Source of the DNA: Paramecium tetraurelia
Lineage: Eukaryota
Length of the DNA: 64,000 nt
Reading direction: 5' to 3'
Assembly: GCA_000165425.1 (NCBI GenBank)
Contig: CT868038.1
Coordinates: 124,001-188,000, forward strand
The translations under genes and the position numbers were made by a program. Position 1 is the first letter of the stretch; the number at the start of each line of letters is the position of its first letter. Below the pieces are notes generated by a model that saw only the letters and a list, made by a program, of their open reading frames with translations, had not been told where the DNA came from and did not search any database. Below, piece by piece: positions 1 to 12,717 of the stretch.

Positions 1-1450
1 AATTTTTCTTTTCTTAAATTCTTTTAATAATCGTATTCATCCTTTCTCCTATTGCTCAATTGATCTTAATCTAAGAACTTTTTTTCTAGATTTGTAACTC
101 TTTATAGTTAAAGAGATTAAATTCTATTCAAAGTATCTTAGGCCTTTTTGCGTTTGGTAAGTTCTTCTTTAACTTTGGCTTATTCACTCATTTACTTTTA
201 TTTTTCTAACGCTAAAATATGTAAATGATAGAGTATACCTTATAGATCCTTATCTTTATTAAACATTTTTTCAACAACTTTTTGTATAGTATCTGCTTCC
301 TTTTGTTAAGTTTATAATTTAATTTTTCTCAATTTCTCGTCATAATGAGAACTTCTCATGGTTAATTTCTCTAACTTGCTTTCCCATGTAAACCTCTCTT
401 TATTGGAATTGCATTCATTTTCTAAATAATATAGAGAATAGAATTACATTTAACTTACAAGTTACTTAGAGTTTGTGTCATTTTTTCTTCCATAAATTGA
501 TCATATTTTCTTTTGTTTGCTTTTACAGTTTCAAATTTTTATCTTAATGCTTTATCGTGTTCTTCAATCTCCTTTTTCTTTATTTGATCATCAAATTATA
601 ATTTTCTTCCTAATTCTTCAAATCTTTCTAATTATCTCTTTCTTTCATCAATTTATTTCAGATTAAACTGTTTTTCTTTGTTTTTTATATCATTAAATTT
701 CTTTTAGGCTGCATCTGATTTCTTTTTTTTCTTCAATAATTTTTCTTTTGTAATTCTTTCCTTTAATTCAGCAATCTTTTTTTCTCTTTCTTCCATCTCT
801 TATTACAATAGATGTCTCTTCTTTTCGTTCTCCAACTGATGATGGACTTCCTTAGCTTTAACTCCAAGCGCTCTTTGATATTTTCTGATTTCTTTTTCCA
901 ATTATTCCTCTAAAACCAGAACTGGATCTTCTTCATCAAAGGATTCATAGGAATCAGCATTCTCCTCTTCATTTATCTTCAGGTTAACCATCTTTTTATT
1001 GTAGGTTTCGATCAAATCGTTGACTAAACTAAAAAGTGTATATGTATAATTTGAAGATACCCCTCATCTCGATGGAATGATTTTTCTAATTAAATATTTT
1101 GTAACCCTTTGTTCTTCTTGGTGATTTACTTCCTCTTTAGTGAGATCTCCTTGAATGTAACTGTCGATTAAGATGGAGAATATACTTTCCATTTTTTTTA
1201 CATAATGATCAAATCTCATTTTTTGAACTGCTTCAGTGACATCTGGTCCACCAAACTCCTCCAATTTTCTTAATAAGATGTCACAATACTTGAGTTTGAA
1301 GATCGAGGAATCATAACCCAAGGCGAGACATGCCTCTCTGGTTTTGGGACTGTCAGGTCTTATATTCAACCCCTTTTTGGTGTAACTAAACACAGTGGCT
1401 CTCCTGGGTGCAGCAACTCGACTACTGAGTTAGTGCAAGTGCATTTTCAT
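1..1450 (-). CDS. Coiled-coil hypothetical protein (3' end runs off window)
   Basis: ATG at 1450, MKMHLHQLSSRVAAPRRATVFSYTKKGLNIRPDSPKTREACLALGYD..., long E/K/Q-rich frame in code 6 with tiny GT..AG introns. Confidence 0.75.
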
Positions 1451-1468
1451 TTAAATTCATATTAATTA

Positions 1469-2993
1469 ATGTCTGAATCACCATCATTAATCACACCACT
1501 ATTACAACAATATCAAGTAGAATTGCAGGCAAGGTTGAATGAGTGCTTTGAAAACAATGAAGTCAAGGGAATGCTGCAATTAATAGATTAATTGGGACAG
1601 GATATAAAGGATGAGCCACAACTCTAAGATCTGCTGAATCTGCAATTATTGAGGAAATTGATGAAGCATCTCTCCTCCACCAATCCTCAACAGGTGAGGA
1701 GTTCAGTAATCATACTGGATGCAATAATGCAACGGAAAATCATAGCCAACAGACTTCTCCATCAAAGAGGTGCCGAAAGAACCATGGTGGATCTAGCAAA
1801 TAGTTTATTGAACTTACAATAATAATTGCGACATACTTCTTTAGAATTGCACATCGATGATCTCCTCATTGGTTTATAGGTCAAATATGTCGACAAGAAA
1901 TAGACAGACTTGAGCGTATTGAAATTGGCCTTGAAATAATTCCAAGATAATAACAATCTGTTCATCAAGCAATTGCAAATAATCTTATCCTCTTGTGAAA
2001 GCATCATAGATTAGTATTATTTATTTGGAGGTCCTTTGCAAGAACTCATTTACGAATATCTTTTAATGATTAGGCAGATGGAAGAAAAACAGTAGGTGAA
2101 CTTCTTGACTCAGGTTTTAGGCATATATGAGAGGTACATCCTAGATGTACAATATACCATATAAGAAATGCAACAAAGAACTTACTATATTAAAATAGAG
2201 AAGTAAATGATCCTGCATCAAATATCCAACATGTATAAAAGTTGTGCTCAACTCTTAAACATGATTCTCGTGTTGCCCGAAGAAATTGGACTACAAAAGA
2301 GAACCTACTTGATGATCAAAGTCCTATACAAATACATTCCAGACTTGAGGATAGCTTTGATGGGACCAATACAATTGGTGATGCGCAATCTCTCCTTGTT
2401 TCTCCATAAAGATGCTCAGGAATACAAGGAAATCACGATATTCTTGTATCAACTTATTCACTCATCAGATTACGATGAGAGATTCAAGTAGTCTCTTCTT
2501 GATGACGAAGATCTTGCATACCTAAGAGAAAACAAGTATATACAATTATCATTTTCATAGGTATTTCTCTGTTAAAGCTCTAAGCTATGTGGATGAGTCT
2601 TAAAGTGTTTCATCTTTGAGACACTTGAACATTCAAGCAGCCTTCCCTTGTTATGTCATCATTTAAGCAGCATCCATCTATTGCTATTCATTCATGGTGG
2701 ATAAACCGAATTCACTCATCTTTTGGAGCTTCAGAACACTCGATTATGATGTATCTTTTGGACTCTTTAAATTGTAAACTATTGAAGACTTGGGAATCAT
2801 AGATTATGTAAATGAAAGGAATGGAGTTAAGTCGTTAATCAAATTATAAAGAATTGAATCTCATAAGTAACCTATCATTGGAGTCACAGTTATATCCAAT
2901 CCAGGGCTTTACAGAATTATATTTGATAATAGTTATAGTTACTTGAGGTCCAAATAGTTATTTTACAGTATCCATTTGCTAGAAACTAAATGA
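1469..2993 (+). CDS. Hypothetical protein (helical, possibly ARM-like)
   Basis: ATG 1469 MSESPSLITPLLQQYQVELQARLNECF...; long open frame in code 6, short introns near the 3' end, probable TGA 2991-2993. Confidence 0.7.
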
Positions 2994-3061
2994 ATATTAT
3001 CTGTTTATTTTAGATATTTTTGATATTCCAAATTATAAATTAATAAATACATCTAATTATA

Positions 3062-3520
3062 ATGTACACCTAAAAGCCTTTAGGGGTGGTGAAAAAAGTA
3101 GATTATCTAAAGTATAATTATTGGATTAACAGAACTAAGATTGCATAAGATTTTATGATTATAATCTGTATAACTTATAAGAGAAAAATTATTAAATGAA
3201 GCTCAAAATATTGATTTGAAGGAATAACATCTTCAAAAGGTAAGAATAGAAGCATATCATTAAATTCGTTAGGAAAGAAAATGCTAATAATAAAGGTAAT
3301 TGATATTAATGAATTTATGAATCTAATTTGGTCATTGGTCAAACTTAAAGTATTGAGATAATTTTATCAACTAGAATTATAAATTGAATAACAATTAATA
3401 TAAAATTCAATGAAAAATCTAGATTAAAAACTTAAAGGTGATCTCTTCTTCAATAAGTTCTTATTATTAGATAATTAAACAAAGCATAATAAATTTAGAT
3501 ATCCATTCAAAATAATAATG
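3062..3520 (+). pseudogene. Possible decayed gene remnant
   Basis: ATG TAC ACC TAA AAG CCT TTA GGG..., coding-like composition but interrupted by TGA; no recognisable family. Confidence 0.25.
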
Positions 3521-3531
3521 ATCATAATCCA

Positions 3532-4431
3532 TCAAAAAGTCTTCAAATTCAACAAATTAGAAACTCCATTTCCAGTTGGAACCCATGTAATATTTGGACT
3601 CTTAGCTAATTATTCGGCAATGTGTTTAGCTGTTTCCAATTTCTTAATTTCGATTTAAGCTATTGATCTAAGTAATATTTCTACCTGTTCCGTATTATTT
3701 GACTGCATCATTAATCAATCTGGCTGCCTCTGATTCTCCTTCAGACAATATGACTTTTGCATTCTTTTCTTCTTCATCTCTCAACACAATGAACTTCTGT
3801 CTTTCGGCCAATTATTATGCCACTTGCTTTGCTTCAATAGCCTAAGCATATTCCTTCATAAATCCTAAATGAGTGATTGACACATCATCCAAGACTATCT
3901 TAAATTCCTTGGCTCTTTCAATCAGACCTTCCTTGATTTCTTATGAGATCTTCTCTCTCATTTTGATTAATTGATCTGCATCATATTAAGCAACGACGGC
4001 TTTTAAGACTTCGTTTGCAATTGATGGTAGAATCTTTTCTTCATAATTCAAACCGATAGTTCTAATGGATTAATCAGTCACTTTACTTATAAATCTCAGG
4101 CAAATAGGATTCAATAGGTTTATGAAGCATTCTAATTGCAATATCCACTGTTTACAAATCCTTTGTACCTGTATGAGATGCCACTGTTTTAGGTTACAAC
4201 CTAACCTCTGCAACAATTGGAGACTATCATATATTCTGAGATCTGTACTTAGATAACGGGGATGAAGAAATGCATTCCTTCTCCGTAGACAGTTTCCTTG
4301 ACTCCTTGGAAACGATCAAATATTAATCCTCTTTAGCCTCCATCCACTGTATAAAAGAATGACTTAAACAGAATTCCACCACCAACAAGTAAGGAACCTG
4401 TTGTTAATATTAGATTTGCAGCTCTTTCCAT
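3532..4431 (-). CDS. PHB: Prohibitin (SPFH/band 7)
   Basis: [58 protein letters not shown]...TGTKDLQTV...[20 protein letters not shown]...[25 protein letters not shown]; tiny introns. Confidence 0.95.
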
Positions 4432-4986
4432 TTTTAATTATTATTTATGGACATAAAAACAACAATTAATCAACTAACTTTTACAATGAACAATTTCAAT
4501 CACCAGAAATTGAATAAGTAAACTCAATTTTGAATATAAATGATGCACTTTGAATTACTTTCACTCTATTATTTAGATTGCTAATTGATTCTTTTTTATT
4601 TAGGAGATTATTAACTAGTTACTAAAATAGATTAACTAATTTAATTTTAAACAAATTCATTTATTCAAAAAATTGATCGATAGATCAATTCAAAATGAAT
4701 TAAATTATTATAAATTACTAATTTTATGAAGTTCTTGTTAGTTTCTATTAATTCTTAATATTCATCTTTAATTTGTAGCGGTATTGATTGGGGTTGAATT
4801 TATATTTAAACATTATATAAATCAATGAAAGGAAATGGGTATAGTTAGATTACGATTAATTATAAGGTTAATAATAACTATTTAAAATTTTTATGGCGAT
4901 TCTAAATTAATTTAGTCTTTTAAAAACCAAATATACTTTTATAGGTTGATAATGAAATTTGATATATAGATCTTGTGAAATTTATA

Positions 4987-5430
4987 ATAACTGATTAATA
5001 AAAATATAATATTTTGGAAGGAAAGAGAGTGTTGGTGGCTGATGATGACCCTTCTGCTCAAAATTTATGAAGATGATATACGGTGCTCTGAAAGTAGAGT
5101 GCATAGTAGTGGCTAATGGAAAGGAAGCCTTGGAAGCATACCAAAAATCACCTAATTTTGCTCATATTCTCGTGGATATACATATGCCAGTGAAGGAGGG
5201 ATACGATGTAACTGTTTAATTAAATATTAGTCTACAAAATAAATTAGACTTCATGAAAATCAAAAGGATTACCCAGGTACAAAATTCTTGGCCTTAGAGG
5301 AGGTAAATATCATAGTAATTTCAATTTATAAGACGGTAATCCCAAGACAAAGGCAGCATGTATCAGTGCTTGTATGGATGATTAGCTTGCCAAGCCATTA
5401 AAAAAAGAACTGTTATCATAGTATTTGTGA
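4987..5430 (+). pseudogene. Single-domain response regulator (CheY-like receiver), disrupted
   Basis: ILEGKRVLVADDDPSAQ / FMKMIYGALKVECIVVANGKEALEAYQKSPNFAHILVDIHMPVKEGYD / KILGL..ACISACMDDQLAKPLKKELLSQYL*; single-base frameshifts at about 5062 and 5263; ATA in place of ATG at 4987. Confidence 0.8.
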
Positions 5431-5449
5431 TATTTACACAACTTATAAA

Positions 5450-5685
5450 TAATGAGTTTCTACAGTAATTTTATATTAAAGTTTAAATGATGGAATGATA
5501 AGTCGACATTGCTGTTTGGTAAAAGTAAAACTCCCGATGCACATTTAGAAATTACAAAACTCTCCAATTCTCCATCATATGATTCAATCATAATTTATAA
5601 AGATAAGGTAAATAATTTTTAATTCCTTAAATTATTATTAATTCTTTAGATCTTGTAATTATTTTTAGTAAAAGTCTTTCTACAT
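5450..5685 (-). pseudogene. Possible small gene or relic divergent from the 5718 gene
   Basis: ATG 5685 MQKDFYQKQLQDLKNQQQFKELK... hits TGA; another frame continues IMIESYDGELESFVISKCASGVLLLPNSNVDLSF. Confidence 0.3.
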
Positions 5686-5717
5686 AATTATTTTTATATT
5701 CAATCGGATATCCTAAA

Positions 5718-6115
5718 ATGGAAAATAAAGAACAGCAAAATGTTTTAGTAAAATGTCATATATATTACTCCCATAGTGTGAAACCAAACAATAGGTGTGC
5801 GAAAATTACGAAGCATTCAAAAAATACTTTGAACAATTACCCAATGAAATAACAAGTAAAGGATTCTAAGAAGAATTATAGGTCTTAAAAAGCAATACAT
5901 TTTGGATAAGGCAACAATTAATACAAGATTTGTAGTATTGTGCTTAGGGGCTTTGAGCAGTGCAGCTCTGACAGCTAGAAGTATTAAGAATACAAAAGTT
6001 ATTAGTCTCTCCTTCTTTCATCAAAGTTACACGTAACACTGTGTTGACATATGTTGGAGCAGGTCTATTCATTGTCCCTGAAGTGTTCAACCCATACTTA
6101 ATTTTTAGATAATGA
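5718..6115 (+). CDS. Small two-TM membrane protein (weak resemblance to MICOS Mic26/27-type)
   Basis: Three tiny introns give MENKEQQNVLCETKQQVCENYEAFKKYF...TRFVVLCLGALSSAALTARISPSFIKVTRNTVLTYVGAGLFIVPEVFNPYLIFRQ*. Confidence 0.7.
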
Positions 6116-6671
6116 TTATTGTTGTACACACATACACACAAATATAATTAATTAACATTCTTTTTAAATATTTACTATCATCTCAATCATTCTAGCTTTT
6201 TTCACAAATAGGATTATAGTGATCTCTGCAAACACTATGTTACTCAATCTATATCAAATAAAGATAGTTCTGAATCTCTGTAATAGCTTTATAACTTTTT
6301 GTCTGTCATTATTTTGTAAGCGGGTTTAACTATAATAATAAGTACCATAATCTAAATATCTAAAAATGAGACTTCACATAAATTATAATCTGGATGAGAA
6401 TTACTTTCTAAAAGAAACATTTAAAAATATCAGATATAATAAATACATATTCTATAATTTAATTGTTATTTCTTATTGATTTATGAATAATTAAATTTGA
6501 AATTGAAATATAATGTAATTAAATAAGTATTGTAAAAAACTGCAGTATTTATTTAAATGATTTAAGATATAGATAACATCTTAAATTGAAATTGATAATA
6601 TTCTTAAACAAATTTCTGAAATATTTTTTAAATGATGTTTGTAATAAAACAAATAATAATATAATTTTATC

Positions 6672-7980
6672 TCATCTTAATTTTTTTGGTTTATCAGAAA
6701 TGCCAGAAATGTTGAGTTCGCTTTGCATTTAGGAAAGTTTGTCTTCCATTCTTCCAATTACATTTTAAAACTTATTCAAAAATTCTTCCTAGAATTCTTT
6801 TTCAACTCTTTTACTATCCTCTTAATCATCAAAATGAAAACTGCGTTTTTAGCAATATTCCCTTGAGTTTTATTATTTTTCCCTTGTAATCTATTGTAAC
6901 TGATGATTTATCTTATTATTGGTGAAAAAGGTCTTTGGTGGCCTTTATGATAGAGGCTATGCATAATTAGGTTAAGTGTGGATATAAGTTGGGGATGGCT
7001 GATTGCATTTTTCATAAAGGGATGGCTAATTACATTTTTCATATAGGACAGGCGATGTCAAAGTTTATTGGTAGATATTTTGATTCAAATTAGGTTGTGA
7101 ATATAAGGGTTATTATGGAACTTATTGTATTTAATGCATCTGTTTCATGTGCTAAGATTACTGCACTTATGTTATTTCGTATTATTTATGAGCAGGTGTG
7201 ATGTTCTAGTTTTGTTGCTATTAAACCTGTTTCTTATCTCTCTCAATAATTCTCTCGTATTGATTCAATAATTCCTTTTATTCCTTGATAACACTTTACA
7301 GTTTTTAGACCTCATCTTTATGTTATTCATATAATTATTCATATTTTTATTTCTCCTCATTAATTTTGTTTTATAGAATGATATTTCTATTCTTCAATTC
7401 AATAAGTTAATCTTCAAACAAAATTTAATGTTGTTATTTACAATTATGAGTATCCTGTTTCTCAATTTCATTTAATTTCTCATAAGATTAGATTAAACCA
7501 CTTTGATTATCAATTATTCCTTGTAATTTTTTTATTTCTTCGAATTATTGTTATTGCAATTACTCTATTGATTTAAGACTATCATCTCTTTGCTATTTTA
7601 TATATAATTCCTTTTGTAAATTTTATTATCTGCATTAATCCAACTAACTAATTAATTTGTCATTCTAATCCTTCAAAATAGTGATTTATTCAACTTATTG
7701 CTCAATTAAGTATTTAGATTCTGAACAGTTTCTTTGCAATTGTTCATTTTCTTATTGTAACTCTAGCATATAATTATTACTTACAAGAATTTTCATTTTG
7801 CAATATGTTAATCGTTTCAGAGACTCTTTAGACCTCATCTGCCCATTCTTCTTTTAGCAATTATTTTTCTTACAATTCCTCGCAAGCTTCTTTAAGTTAT
7901 TATTTGAGAGCATTATTCTATTACATGAGAATAGCTAGACTTCCTTTGATTTCTTAGTATTTTATCTGATAATCACTCAT
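6672..7980 (-). CDS. Coiled-coil hypothetical protein
   Basis: ATG 7980 MSDYQIKYQEIKGSLAILMQQNNALKQQLKEACEEL...; ends ...GRMEDKLSQMQSELNISGISDKPKKLR*. Confidence 0.75.
6992..7045. repeat. 27-bp in-frame tandem duplication within CDS
   Basis: gggatggctgattgcatttttcataaa / gggatggctaattacatttttcatata (YMKNVISHP / FMKNAISHP on the minus strand). Confidence 0.8.
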
Positions 7981-8290
7981 TGGTGGGTGTTGTTATATAA
8001 ATATAAAATTTGAAATTAAATATGTTATAATTTAATGAAAATTTATATTATTTCTAATAATTCAAATTTGTAATTATTCATTTTCTATTTTCTCATTCAT
8101 AATTCATACATGGTATATTAAATAAGTTAATTAATTATTCTCTAAAATATTAGTGGATTTTAAAACTATAAAAAACTTAACTCCTTACTATAAATTTTCA
8201 AAGAAATTTATTCATTCATTTAGAATATTTAAATATTGTAGTTAATTTCTATAATACACAAATATTTTGTTTATTGATATTGATATACTA

Positions 8291-9284
8291 TCATAACATT
8301 CCAGTGGTTCTTGGCAGGAATTTGTCCACTAGATCACTGTGAATACTCGCTAAAAGGCCATATGGATTATTATAATTTTTATCTTCATGGTTATAATTAT
8401 AAATTTATCCCTCTAATCCTACAAAACGACCCTATTTCTATATAATTTGATACTCCAAATGCTTGAATTAGAGCATCAGGTGCACAGATATCCCATTTGC
8501 TGGTTTTACTTCCAATATAAAGATACAAATCTCCCTTACCTTCTAAGATTGAAAGACTCTTCTTGCCAGAACCTCCCATTTGTAGGAGAGGACACCCGAG
8601 AGATTAGATTTTTTATAATGTTTCTTCATTTAATCTGTTTTTTGATATGCACAAAGTGAGGTTGGAAGGATCATATTATGGTTTCAAGAGTTCAAAGGGA
8701 ATCAACGATTGAGTGTCATAGGTATAGAACACCCTTCTTTGAGGATGGTGCCCAAAATATATCTTGGGTTTGAATTCATACTGTTTATCAGCAACCTTAA
8801 CAAATGGTTGGGAAATGATGCCCATTAAAGCTTACTTTTTATATGAGAGACCAATCAAGGTGGTAACACAATCAAAGTCACCCTAAACAAAATCAAGAGT
8901 GCCATCCAAAGGATCAACCCAAACACATAGATCTTCTATTTCATATTGAGTTCTAACCTTTAGATTACTGGGTGTTTTGCTGAAAATATCCTCTGTATAG
9001 AGATTGTGAAAAGTATCAGGCATATCAATTTGCTATTCATAGACAGTGGATTCTTCTCCAACAATCTTTAATTATGGCCTTATATATTAAGGTGAGTATT
9101 ACCAATGCTTATGCAATTGCTACACAATATAGGTTTAGGCTTTGACATCAGCAATAGTGACTGGATCATCGATGCCTTTCCATTTCTGGCCAATATCAGC
9201 TGATAATCGGACTTGATTAATAATTATTGCCGCATTGTAAGCTAATTGAGTGGCAATTGAAAAGAATTCGTGTACTTTAAGCAT
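8291..9284 (-). CDS. BPNT1: 3'(2'),5'-bisphosphate nucleotidase / inositol monophosphatase family
   Basis: DPVTIADVKAQ, IVGEES, DLCVWVDPLDGT, KWDICAPDALIQAFG motifs. Confidence 0.9.
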
Positions 9285-9302
9285 ATTATTATTTTAATTT
9301 CA

Positions 9303-10368
9303 ATGAATAGCGATGAAATAATATCTGTCGTTGCTGACATTGGCAATCTCTACACAAGAGCAGGATTTACAGGAGATGACTTCCCCAGATGGAGTACTTT
9401 CACAAAATGCACTGAGACAATGCAATTCGGAGATGAAGCATTAGGGTGTGGGAATGGTCAGGTATTGGACATATTACAACCATTCAATCCTGATTTATAT
9501 GAGAATCTATTGAAGAAGATGTTTGAGAAGGTGGGAGTTCAATCGAAGGATTATAGTTTGTTGTTGGCCAATAATTTTCAGACTAAACATGATTTATAAA
9601 AGGTGGTCGAAATATTATTTGAGAGTGTGGAAATCCCTAATTTCTTCACCATTAGGAATGCAACCTTGTCAACATTTTCAGCAGGGCGTTCAACAGCATT
9701 GATTTTAGATATTGGTGCCTATTCAACAACTGCCTCTGCTGTTCATGATGGCTATACATTATTAAAAACCCAAATTTAAGCGCCAATCGGAGGAGAAATA
9801 CTCAATGAGCCATTTAGATAATTTGTGGTTGGAGAATATAATCAATTCAAAAAAACCTGTTTAGCCAGAGACATTAAATAAGGTCTATTAACATATGAGC
9901 AAATTGATTCGTCATAATAATACGAATTGCCCGATGGAAAGTTTATTACCATGTAGTAAGCATAGCTTTCGGAGATTGCAGACAAATTATTTAATAGTAA
10001 TGACAATTTCAAAGGCATCCAACATATGTTATTAGACATAATTAACAACTCTGCCAATGATATCAAATAATAATTGTGTTCTACTGTGATTTCAACTGGA
10101 GGATCATCGAATATTCCTGGGTTTTTGAATAAATTGCAAACCACCTTGTCTGCTTTGGCACCACCAATGTGTAAAGTTAAATTAGTAATGTATCCTTCTA
10201 ATGTAAGTATTCATTTTGACTTATTTTTAGTAAAATCGCTATCATTCAGTGTTTATTGGAGGGTCCATTTTGGCATCATTAAGTTCTTTTCAGTCTCTTT
10301 GGGTGTCTAAGAATGAATACTAGGAGTCAGGCAGATTCAGCATAATAGAAAGAAAGTGTCCTAATTGA
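9303..10368 (+). CDS. ARP4: Actin-related protein, ARP4/ACTL6-like
   Basis: MNSDEIISVVADIGNLYTRAGFTGDDFPR, FSAGRSTALILDIG, YELPDG, VISTGGSSNIPGF, YWGGSILASLSSFQSLWVSKNEY-type C-terminus, ERKCPN*. Confidence 0.85.
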
Positions 10369-10375
10369 TTAATAA

Positions 10376-11323
10376 TCATTTATATAAAATTTTATTGTCT
10401 TTTACATATGTAAGTAAATTCATAAATGTACCTTTCTGATCTAATTGATTTCGTATTTCTCCTTTGTTCATGTCCATGCTCAAAACACTTGACTCATTGT
10501 GTAATAGTAGGGAGTCATTGCACACTTAAAAATAAGTAATGTTGTGAGAAATTTGGAACACTCTCAATCGAATGTATTCCTGATTCTTCACGTCGATTAA
10601 TAGATATTCGATTTGTTGTTCAACCAAAATTATCATCACATCTCCATACAACTCGAAATCCAGCAATTTCTGACCTGTAACATACAGTCTGCAATTTGGT
10701 TGTGAAATGAGTATATTTTGATGTTATACAAATTTGTTCATCTGTATGTTTTTGTCTCTATTGGCTAGAATCTGTTTCATATTCTCATTGAAAATGAAGT
10801 AAGTCATTTGCCCATCCTGTTTCCCCTGGATTACGGTATCATAGAAATATCTTATGCGAAAATACTTGAGTGGAGTGCTTAGGTACTCATTAAACAAGAA
10901 GATAGTAGTTTGAGTGTAGATGTCATATAAGTTGATTTGTCCACTCTCAGAACTGAGTAATGCTAATGAATCCGATATCAATTCAATCTGATTGATTGCT
11001 ACTGCACTAATACAAATTTCATCGACTTTGTTTTCTCTTATCTAAAAGAGTCTTCCATTGTGAATGCCAATTAGACAGCCAAGGAGACCATTTATAGTGT
11101 AATATCCAACCATGGAGGTTTGGATGAATAAAGCCATTTTGAACTAAATATTGAGTTACTTTTTTTAGAGCACTTCCTTGGTTTTGTAATTGATAACGAA
11201 TTGGTAGAGTTGTACTTGTCCCTTAAAATCAAGAGTGGTTGTGATTATGTATATGTTGTCTTCTAACTCTAAAATGTGTTGTTTATAGTTATTAAATTTA
11301 TCTTCAATTTTTATAAGTTCCAT
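10376..11323 (-). CDS. Hypothetical protein, possible beta-propeller (WD40-like)
   Basis: ATG 11323 MELIKIEDKF...; SLALLSSESGQINLYDIYT strand pattern; TGA 10376. Confidence 0.7.
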
Positions 11324-11582
11324 TTTATATAATAATTAATTTTAAGTGAACGTGAGTATGTTGCAGTATTGTCATCACTGAATTTTCAGGAAGACAAATA
11401 ATTTACAATTTTAATAAGTCTGTTTTGAGTTTCGATAAAACTAAAGGAATTGCTATTTCAATTTTAGTTGATTCTCTGAGTGTTTGGGAATTTATGACAA
11501 CTGTTTTGAATTGAAATTTGGTAATTTTGCTACTATTCAATATATATATATATTTTAATAATAAATAAAGAAAATAACACAC

Positions 11583-12660
<1,078 letters not shown>

Positions 12661-12717
12661 TTTAAATCAGAACATTTATATTCAACCAACTAATAGATTA
12701 TTTAATTTATTTTCCAT

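Noticed and set aside
5055..5070. Euplotes-style programmed frameshifting in the receiver gene
   Set aside because: The context is not AAA-TAR, TAR is sense in this code, and the lost ATG points to decay
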